From IMG/VR virus record IMGVR_UViG_3300042330_000875, positions 64,001-128,000 of that record: DNA of 64,000 nt; one strand, given 5' to 3'. The position numbers were made by a program, and so were the translations under genes. The notes under the pieces are model-generated. The model was not told the DNA's origin and made no database searches. It saw only the letters and a program-made list of their open reading frames with translations. The DNA is from a virus. Shown in pieces: positions 56,662 through 64,000 of this stretch. Within the stretch, counting starts at the first letter, position 1. Every line of letters begins with the position of its first letter.

Positions 56662-57855
56662 ATGTTTCCCGATAATCTTACCCTTGATGAAGTAACTCAA
56701 GTAACCAATGATTTTAATAATCAATTGGGTGTTACTGCGTTTTTGCGTGTTGTAAAAGAAGGATATATTGTTTTCAATTATGCGTTTCAAACTCCCGATT
56801 TGTTCCCAAGGATTAATACAAAAGATGTTTTAGAAAATCGTCGTCGTGCAATTTTGCGTGAATGTCGCGGTTTAACCTTTGATCTTAATGGTAATTTGAT
56901 TGCACGTAAATTTGAAAAGTTTTTTAATATGGATCAAATGCCTGAAACGCATCGGTTAGATTTTTCTCGTAATCATCTTATCATGGATAAGTTAGATGGT
57001 AGTATGATTGCGCCTATGTTGGTTGATAACAAAATTATTTGGTCAACTAAAATGGGCGATACCGATATTGCTAAAATTGTTGATAATTTTGTTCAAGATA
57101 AACCGAACTATGCGAGTTTTGTATTGGATCAAATTAAATTAAATCGCACTGTTCTTTTTGAATTTGTCAGTCGTGAAAATAAAGTTGTAGTAGATTATCC
57201 AGAAGATAATCTAATTATGACTGCTATTCGTGATAATATTACTGGCGATTATATTGCGCGTAATATTCAAGAAATGTGGGCAAAAGAATATAATATTCCT
57301 ATTGTAAATGTGTACAATGGAAAAAATATTCATGAATTAGTAACCCAAGCAAAAGATAATTTTGAAGGTTACGTTATTTGGTTTCTGGATAACGATCAAA
57401 AAGTAAAAATCAAGCTAGATTGGTATCTTGTTCGACATCGCGCAATCGATGCTTTAAGTTCAGAAAAGCGAGTTTTAGAATTAATCGTTGCTGATCAAGT
57501 AGATGATTCAATTGCTTTACTTGACGAAAATGATCAAAAAATTCTAATTGATTTTCAAAAGAAATTTTGGAAAAATGTCGATGATTATTCAAAAAATCTT
57601 GAGATTTCAGTAAAAGAACTTTACGAAAATTGCAAAAAAATTGACAATTCTCGTCGTTATTTTGCTGAACAAGTTTCAAAAGAAAATCGTTTAACTCAAG
57701 CTGCTTATTTTGGTTATTTTGAAAATCAATTGTTTAATTTCCAAGATTTTGTTGTTAAGACGATTAAAAAGAAATTAAACAATAAAAATAATATTGAGCA
57801 AGTTCGGGAAATTTTTAAAATTGTTTGGTCAAGGAATACAACTATTGATGAGTGA
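56662..57855 (+). CDS. T4 Rnl1-like RNA ligase
   Basis: RECRGLTF, KFFN, KLDGSMI, FEF..N.VVVDY, EGYV, KIK. Confidence 0.9.
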   Translation: MFPDNLTLDEVTQVTNDFNNQLGVTAFLRVVKEGYIVFNYAFQTPDLFPRINTKDVLENRRRAILRECRGLTFDLNGNLIARKFEKFFNMDQMPETHRLDFSRNHLIMDKLDGSMIAPMLVDNKIIWSTKMGDTDIAKIVDNFVQDKPNYASFVLDQIKLNRTVLFEFVSRENKVVVDYPEDNLIMTAIRDNITGDYIARNIQEMWAKEYNIPIVNVYNGKNIHELVTQAKDNFEGYVIWFLDNDQKVKIKLDWYLVRHRAIDALSSEKRVLELIVADQVDDSIALLDENDQKILIDFQKKFWKNVDDYSKNLEISVKELYENCKKIDNSRRYFAEQVSKENRLTQAAYFGYFENQLFNFQDFVVKTIKKKLNNKNNIEQVREIFKIVWSRNTTIDE

Positions 57856-58183
57856 TATTGAAAAAACAATTGAGTGGTTATTAGAAAACGAAGATTTTAG
57901 AAAAATTTTACAATTAGAAAATCTTCGTTTTTTAGATTTAAAAAATATTGATACTAAAGATATATGTTTAAATTTATATAAATTAGATGAATATTTTAAT
58001 TTTATCCGAGAATTTGGTTCTTTTCCTTATAATTTAATTTTTATTAAAGATTATAATAAAATAAATTTATTCGGAATTGAATATAAACATTTTCATTTTA
58101 ATCATGTTAATAATTATGTTATAATTTATTGTCAATTGGATAATACACAAGAAATTTTATGGAGTTTACATGATGGACAGTGA
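57848..58183 (+). CDS. Family-2 hypothetical protein with C-terminal tag
   Basis: Start MSDIEKT; ends DNTQEILWSLHDGQ. Confidence 0.65.
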   Translation: MSDIEKTIEWLLENEDFRKILQLENLRFLDLKNIDTKDICLNLYKLDEYFNFIREFGSFPYNLIFIKDYNKINLFGIEYKHFHFNHVNNYVIIYCQLDNTQEILWSLHDGQ

Positions 58184-58487
58184 AACAATTGAGAAAATTT
58201 TTAATAATCCAAAAATAATAGAATTAAATAAACCTGATATTTATTTTTTAGACATGCAAATTCTTCCAAATAATATTTTATTATTTAATTTTGATGAATA
58301 TAAACAACATTTACTTAATGATACTTTAATTGGTAATGTATGGTTTTTAGATGAATTAGTCATTCATCTAAAAAATAATAATTTTAAACCAGAAATTTTA
58401 GAAATTGTTATAGATGATTTAATATTTTATGTAGTTTATAGTGAAATATCAAATACTGATTATTGTTTATGGAGATTAAAATCATGA
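58170..58487 (+). CDS. Family-2 hypothetical protein with C-terminal tag
   Basis: Ends SNTDYCLWRLKS. Confidence 0.65.
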   Translation: MMDSETIEKIFNNPKIIELNKPDIYFLDMQILPNNILLFNFDEYKQHLLNDTLIGNVWFLDELVIHLKNNNFKPEILEIVIDDLIFYVVYSEISNTDYCLWRLKS

Positions 58488-58885
58488 CTAAAAAAGAAAC
58501 AACTTTAGAAGAACGTAATGCTTTTGCTCAATATAAATTAGAGTGTCATTTAGAAAACATGTTTTTATCTAAACATGATGATACATATCATCCATTAAAA
58601 GAAAAATTAATTGATTTAAATTATGTTCTTCATGAAAAAGAACGATCAGGCGCATTGTGTGCTGAAATTTTTTGGGGATCAGATAATTTTTTCAACATTT
58701 ATTATGAACCAAATGTTTTATTCCAATATTGGCGAATTTATCTTAAAAAGATGCATGTTTCGGATTTTACTGAAGAAAGAAAATTAAATATTAAACAACG
58801 ATTAAAACATTTCAATGCAAGCGAAGAAATGGTTGAATTTACAAAAATTGTTTTTGATGAGATAAGAAATGAAAAAAATACTTAA
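58484..58885 (+). CDS. Hypothetical protein
   Basis: GGAG RBS before MTKKE. Confidence 0.65.
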   Translation: MTKKETTLEERNAFAQYKLECHLENMFLSKHDDTYHPLKEKLIDLNYVLHEKERSGALCAEIFWGSDNFFNIYYEPNVLFQYWRIYLKKMHVSDFTEERKLNIKQRLKHFNASEEMVEFTKIVFDEIRNEKNT

Positions 58886-59774
58886 TTGGTGGAATATACA
58901 AAAAGAATATTTTGGTTATAAAACAGAAAAAGATCATGTTTGGAGCATTTTCTTAAATGAATTTAATCGTTTATTAGAATGCGGAAAAGAAGTTGAATTA
59001 CAATACCCAAATAATGAATATTGGGAAGAAAAAATCAATTTTATAAAACAAAAATTTCGTTTAACTGATAAAATTGTTTATGAAAAAAATGATATATTGG
59101 TTGTTGGTGATCTTCATGGTAATTTATCAGCATTAAATTCATTTGTTGAAATGGCAAATAAGATTGATGCTTTGATAATTTTCTTAGGAGATATTTTAGA
59201 TCATGGTCAAGAAAATTTAAAATGTTTTGAAATTGTTTATGATTTATGTGAACAAGGGCGAGCTATTTGTTTAAAATCAAATCATGAACGAAAACATTTT
59301 CGTTATAGTTTAATTGAAGATGGTGCCCCAATTGTAAATTTATCACAAGGAAATTTAAAAACTTTCAATGAAATTCAAGCATTAAGTGAAGAAGATTTTT
59401 CCGCATTTAATTCACGTTTAAAAAGATTTTGGAGTAAAAGTTATTATTATTTTAATATTGATAATTTAGTTTTTGCTCATGCTGCAATTCCAGAAAATCA
59501 TTGGAATAGCCAAGATGTTGATTTAAATTATTATGTACATGGTGATAGTCATGATAAAAATCGTAATAATTTATGGACAAATTATGTAAAAAAAGATATT
59601 ATCGCTGTTGTAGGCCATACATACTTAAACGATTATCCAATTATAAAAACCAATGATAATAATGGACAAACTGTATTTTTAGATACAGGAAGTTCAAAAG
59701 GTGGTCAATTATCAGTTATGAGACTAAAATTTAACGAAAATAAATATGAATTTGTAAATTTTTTTATTTTTTAA
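58869..59774 (+). CDS. Calcineurin-like metallophosphoesterase
   Basis: GDLHG, GDILDHG, SNHE, HA, GHT, DTG. Confidence 0.85.
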   Translation: MKKILNWWNIQKEYFGYKTEKDHVWSIFLNEFNRLLECGKEVELQYPNNEYWEEKINFIKQKFRLTDKIVYEKNDILVVGDLHGNLSALNSFVEMANKIDALIIFLGDILDHGQENLKCFEIVYDLCEQGRAICLKSNHERKHFRYSLIEDGAPIVNLSQGNLKTFNEIQALSEEDFSAFNSRLKRFWSKSYYYFNIDNLVFAHAAIPENHWNSQDVDLNYYVHGDSHDKNRNNLWTNYVKKDIIAVVGHTYLNDYPIIKTNDNNGQTVFLDTGSSKGGQLSVMRLKFNENKYEFVNFFIF

Positions 59775-59811
59775 TTGGATAAAATTTAAAAGAAAGGTTA
59801 TAGTTAAAATT

Positions 59812-60372
59812 ATGAAAACAACGTTGGTTTTAAATGCAGACGCGGCACCAATGACATTAATTCCTATTTCTGCTTATACTTGGCAAGAAGCCATACAAAG
59901 TACATTTTCTGAATCATTTGATATTTTAGAAACTTATGATAATGTTGTGGCACGTAGTCCTAGTATTGAGATGCCTGTGCCATCAGTAATAATGAGTAGG
60001 CATTATGTAAATACAAGTCGTCAAGTAAAAATATCTCGTGAAAATATTAAAGTACGAGATGAATTTCGTTGTCAATATTGTGGCGAAAAATTTCGTTCAC
60101 AAGAATTAACAATGGATCACGTTCATCCAAAGAAAATGGGTGGACAGTATCGCTGGGATAACATTGTAAGCGCTTGTGAGCGTTGTAATTCATTAAAAGG
60201 TCATCGATTAGATATACGCCCTATTCGTCGCCCAACTAAACCTTCATACGGACAAATGATTGAAATTTTAAGAAAAAGTCCTATTTATATTCCTGATATA
60301 AAATGGAATTATTATTTGCATTGGCCTGAGAATTTAGTTAATATAATTGAAGTACCAAAGATTTTAACCTAA
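59812..60372 (+). CDS. HNH endonuclease
   Basis: RDEFRCQYCG..TMDHVHP..WDNIVSACERCN. Confidence 0.9.
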   Translation: MKTTLVLNADAAPMTLIPISAYTWQEAIQSTFSESFDILETYDNVVARSPSIEMPVPSVIMSRHYVNTSRQVKISRENIKVRDEFRCQYCGEKFRSQELTMDHVHPKKMGGQYRWDNIVSACERCNSLKGHRLDIRPIRRPTKPSYGQMIEILRKSPIYIPDIKWNYYLHWPENLVNIIEVPKILT

Positions 60373-60386
60373 TCTTTGGTTTTCCA

Positions 60387-60426
60387 AAAAGATAAAATTT
60401 TAGATAAATTAGAGGAAAATAAATGA
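60387..60426 (+). repeat. 40-bp direct repeat (leader/RBS/start), second copy at 60785-60824
   Basis: AAAAGATAAAATTTTAGATAAATTAGAGGAAAATAAATGA exact in both. Confidence 0.9.
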
Positions 60427-60755
60427 AAAACACTCATATTACGTTTAATTTTGATTTAAATATTAAAAATAAAGATGATATGTTAAAACATATTAGTAAA
60501 ATACATGATTCAGAATCTATTTGGATTAATTTTAAAGATGATTTTAATATCAAATTGGCAAACAATTGGCGTTTTTCATTAAATGATGTTTGTTACATTC
60601 CATTAGATTTATCTAAAACACAATTAGAATCGTTAATAACAAAACTTAATTCTATTGGTTATGACACAGAAGTAGTAAAAGTACCAGACTTTCTTAAAGA
60701 AACGATTGAATTTGCTAATCATACATATTGTATTAAAGTTAATCCGCCACAATAA
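60423..60755 (+). CDS. Hypothetical protein
   Basis: GAGG RBS. Confidence 0.65.
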   Translation: MKNTHITFNFDLNIKNKDDMLKHISKIHDSESIWINFKDDFNIKLANNWRFSLNDVCYIPLDLSKTQLESLITKLNSIGYDTEVVKVPDFLKETIEFANHTYCIKVNPPQ

Positions 60756-60820
60756 AATTAAAGAATAAATATATTCTTTTACTTAAAAGATAAAATTTTA
60801 GATAAATTAGAGGAAAATAA

Positions 60821-61096
60821 ATGACAGAAAACACTAATCCAACACTTAATATAAAAGATATTTTATCAGCAGTTCAAATTATTGATTATGCAGTTGCACA
60901 AGGAATTATTAAATCTTGGGAAGATTTTGAAAATGTAAAAATTGTTCGTGATCGTCTTCAAGCATTTGGTGAAGCTGCAACAAAAACACAAGAAGCTGCC
61001 GATGCTGCTAATCAAGAAAATCAAGAAGCAGTACAAGAAACGGTTCAAGAACCCGTAGAAGTTAAAAAAGAGACTGTTAAAAAAGCTAAAAAATGA
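60821..61096 (+). CDS. Hypothetical protein
   Basis: LNIKDI..IID..G..; GAGG RBS. Confidence 0.7.
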   Translation: MTENTNPTLNIKDILSAVQIIDYAVAQGIIKSWEDFENVKIVRDRLQAFGEAATKTQEAADAANQENQEAVQETVQEPVEVKKETVKKAKK

Positions 61097-61317
61097 TTTT
61101 AGATTTTAAATGGAATATCGGTGATCGTTGTATTTTTGTTACAGTTGATGACCAAGGAAATGAAGTAAAAATACCAGTAAAAATTTTAAACATCGAAGAT
61201 GAATTTTATCAAATTGCTGGTAATTACTTAGAAAAATTTATTACAACAAAAAATAATAAATTTTATGCACACGCAGATGAATTAACATTTCTGCAAAAAT
61301 TAGAGGTAGTAAAATGA
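61093..61317 (+). CDS. Small hypothetical protein
   Basis: ATGA overlap. Confidence 0.6.
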   Translation: MILDFKWNIGDRCIFVTVDDQGNEVKIPVKILNIEDEFYQIAGNYLEKFITTKNNKFYAHADELTFLQKLEVVK

Positions 61318-62339
61318 GTGATTTAAAAATTACAAGACATATAGGTAGAGTTATTAATTCAGATAATAGATTAGCAATTCTTTTCCTTCAAGTACCAAAT
61401 GAACCATATAAATGTTTAGCTGTTAATTTAGATGCATTGAATGATCGATATGCTGGCGCAATTAAAGAAGCCTTATATTCAGATCAAGGACAAAATACAG
61501 AAAATTTAGGTGATTATTTAGGAACTATTCGATTTAATGGCGCTCCGCATTCTTTGATTGCTGAACTTCATATTAAAAATGTTATTCAAAAAATGAATGT
61601 TGAAATGATTGAAATGCTTCCAAGACCAGGAATGCCACATAATTTAGCTGAACTTTTAGTTGAAATGGGGAGATTAGATAAAGATTTAGCTGAAACATTA
61701 CTTAAAAGAAAATTAATTACAAAAATTGATCCAAATGAAATATTAAAAAATATCAATGCAAACAAAGACGCATTGAAAACAGATAATATTTATGAAATGA
61801 ATATTAAAAATGCAAACGAAGAAACTAAAATGAATCAAGCAAGATTTTTATTAAATCAAGCAGAAGATTTAGATCATCAGGCATTTTTAAAACGTCAACA
61901 AGCTTATGCAATTGTTCCTGCGTTAGACCCAGCAAAATCACATATTCGTGAAAGTTTAGAAAATTCAGTTGTATCGAAAGATGTTGAAATTGATTTAGCA
62001 TCAAATAATACACGAAAAATTGATCAAGTTAATGAACAAGAATATTATCAACCAAATCCTGTTACTGGATTATCGCAAAAAGATTTAGGCGCAATTAATA
62101 CACCAACAAAAGAACAACCATTAACTGCCCATCAAATTATGGAATTGATGAATAAAAATAATCACCCAACTGGTTTACCAAAAGCAGCAATTAGTGAAGG
62201 TGAACCCAATCCAAAAATGGTTAATGCTTTGGCTGATTTGTTTTCTGGTAATATCACAAAAGATGCGTTTGATGCAATAGCAAAAGAAACAGTTGTTCCA
62301 ACTCGTATGGAACAAATTAGCGGGGAAAATAATGGCTAA
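61314..62339 (+). CDS. Hypothetical protein
   Basis: 341-aa ORF, RHIGRV N-terminus. Confidence 0.75.
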   Translation: MSDLKITRHIGRVINSDNRLAILFLQVPNEPYKCLAVNLDALNDRYAGAIKEALYSDQGQNTENLGDYLGTIRFNGAPHSLIAELHIKNVIQKMNVEMIEMLPRPGMPHNLAELLVEMGRLDKDLAETLLKRKLITKIDPNEILKNINANKDALKTDNIYEMNIKNANEETKMNQARFLLNQAEDLDHQAFLKRQQAYAIVPALDPAKSHIRESLENSVVSKDVEIDLASNNTRKIDQVNEQEYYQPNPVTGLSQKDLGAINTPTKEQPLTAHQIMELMNKNNHPTGLPKAAISEGEPNPKMVNALADLFSGNITKDAFDAIAKETVVPTRMEQISGENNG

Positions 62340-63744
62340 TATTGAGGAAATTAAAAATGACAAGAATTATCACAGTGTTTTGGATAATGGATTTGTTGGT
62401 TTAGTTGATCACATGGGCACAGACGAATCTATCGTTCGTGCTGCCCGTGTGAGCTATTCTAAAGGCACCAAATCATCAAGAGATAGTCGTGGCTTAATTC
62501 GTTACCTTGTTCGTCATTCTCATACTTCTCCATTGGAAATGAACGAAGCTATTTTCCACATTAAACTGCCAATTTTTGTTATGCGTCAATTAGTTCGTCA
62601 TCGCACAGCTTGTTTAACTGGTGATAACCAACTTTATATGGCCGATAATTCAAGAATTTTTATAAAACAATTTTATGATAACTGGAAAAATAATGTAAAT
62701 CAAAATACAGTTGTTAAAATGTTAAATGAAGAAACTAACGAAATTTTATCAACTGAAATTGTTAATATTTGGAGTAATGGTAATAAAGAAGTTTTTGAAT
62801 TAACTTTGGAAAATGATTTTACAATAAAATTAACCGCAGATCATGAATGTTTAACAAATAATGGTTGGCAACAATTAAAAAATGCTTTAAATCTTGAAGT
62901 TGAAGTTAACTCAGAACATGTTCCTGTTGTTGTTAAGTATGATGATACAGTATTGTTTGCTGTTGAAAATGAAAATAATTCTGATTTTATTAAAGTAAAA
63001 TCAATAAAATATGTTGGTATTGAAGAAGTTTTTGATTTAACGGTTAAAGGACCATATCATAATTTCGTTGCTAATGGACTTGTTGTTCATAATTGTCTTA
63101 ATGAAGTTTCTGGTCGTTATTCAGAATTAACAGATGAAGTATATGTTCCTGATTTACCACAAATTAAACCACAAAGTTTAACTAATAAACAAGGTCGTTC
63201 TGGTGAATTTTTACCTGGAATTGCACAAAGAATTAAAAATATTTTTAAGAAAAACGCAGAAACAAGTTTACAAGTTTATAATAATTTACTTGGAAATAAT
63301 CATGATTTTTCTGATTTAGATGAAAATTATCCTGGTTTAGCTAGAGAATTAGCGCGCGGTGTTTTAACTGTAAATCATTATACCGAACTTTATTGGAAAA
63401 TGGATTTACATAATTTACTTCATTTTATTCGTTTGCGTGAAGATTCACATGCCCAATGGGAAATTCAAGAATATGCAAGAGCAATTTTAGAATTAATTCG
63501 CCCTCTTTGGCCGATTACAATTGAAGCTTGGGAAGATTATATTAAAAATGCAAGTAAATTAAGTCGTATGGATCAAGAATTACTTAATACAGTAATTAAA
63601 ACCAGTAATGAATTTAATATGAGTTTTAATTTTGCATTAGATAAATTACAAGGAAATTTATCTAATAAGGAATTTGCACAAACTTTAGGAATGAGTGAAC
63701 GAGAATACGTTGAATGGAAAGAAAAATTTATTAAGGAAGATTAA
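62332..63744 (+). CDS. thyX: Flavin-dependent thymidylate synthase ThyX with mini-intein
   Basis: AARVSY, HTSPLE, RQLVRHR..(intein)..NEVSGRY, RELARGVL, LR..HAQWEI. Confidence 0.93.
   Translation: MANIEEIKNDKNYHSVLDNGFVGLVDHMGTDESIVRAARVSYSKGTKSSRDSRGLIRYLVRHSHTSPLEMNEAIFHIKLPIFVMRQLVRHRTACLTGDNQLYMADNSRIFIKQFYDNWKNNVNQNTVVKMLNEETNEILSTEIVNIWSNGNKEVFELTLENDFTIKLTADHECLTNNGWQQLKNALNLEVEVNSEHVPVVVKYDDTVLFAVENENNSDFIKVKSIKYVGIEEVFDLTVKGPYHNFVANGLVVHNCLNEVSGRYSELTDEVYVPDLPQIKPQSLTNKQGRSGEFLPGIAQRIKNIFKKNAETSLQVYNNLLGNNHDFSDLDENYPGLARELARGVLTVNHYTELYWKMDLHNLLHFIRLREDSHAQWEIQEYARAILELIRPLWPITIEAWEDYIKNASKLSRMDQELLNTVIKTSNEFNMSFNFALDKLQGNLSNKEFAQTLGMSEREYVEWKEKFIKED
62611..63093 (+). mobile_element. 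Mini-intein (161 aa, no endonuclease)
   Basis: CLTGD start, TADH block B, HNFVANGLVVHN end, +1 Cys. Confidence 0.9.
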
Positions 63745-64000
63745 TTTCTTCCTTAATTTTTTAGAAAGTTGATTGATGAAAAAGATACCTATTTACATTA
63801 GTAATAATTTTGTAGTATATAATAAGAAACATAATACAAATTTTAATAAAGGATGGTTTGATTTTGAAAATATTAAAATGATTCATCCTTCTGGCGTACA
63901 ATCAGATTATGCTGATAAATTTAATAATGTATTAGATGATTTAAGAACATATGGTATTTTAACATTTGAAAGTACAGAATTAGATAGACATGTAGGATAT

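Noticed and set aside
1-64000. CRISPR array, tRNA or rRNA genes
   Set aside because: No regularly spaced repeat-spacer run and no cloverleaf or rRNA-like sequence seen by eye
1-64000. Stop-codon reassignment
   Set aside because: Long conserved genes (ClpA, UvsW, ThyX, Rnl1) are intact in the standard code, and TAA, TAG and TGA all end genes
63777-64000. Partial ORF at the right edge
   Set aside because: Truncated and without recognisable motifs; not called

Overview
AT-rich segment of a large (jumbo-type) tailed phage genome with distant T4-like core genes scattered among many small ORFs. Recognisable core genes are UvsY, UvsW, gp25, a gp13-like neck protein, a gp4-like head completion nuclease, Rnl1, spanins and tail/virion proteins. 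Host-like genes include ClpA, ClpX, IF3, IscA, PilZ, RNase H, YqeY, a GalE-like epimerase, a radical SAM enzyme and an intein-containing ThyX; an Acb1-like anti-CBASS enzyme is also present. A ~7.1-kb IS1595-family (ISNha5-like) cargo transposon (25835-32950) has landed inside one copy of a phage promoter repeat; its gene content hints at an alphaproteobacterial host (inference). The most striking unexplained structure is (i) 16 dispersed copies of a ~105-aa HRLTGPA-motif protein, mostly at operon ends, and (ii) a short C-terminal helix tag (consensus T-D/E-x-V/I-L-W/F/Y-x-L-K/Q-N-COOH) on nine of those copies and on at least eleven other small proteins from unrelated families. This suggests a modular 'variable head + common docking tail' system. 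Other points: a promoter class with an AGAAAATTTTCT palindrome in the spacer, apparently leaderless late genes, and an unannotated 40-aa peptide resembling a HigA antitoxin N-terminus. All product calls come from motif recognition by eye; no searches were run.
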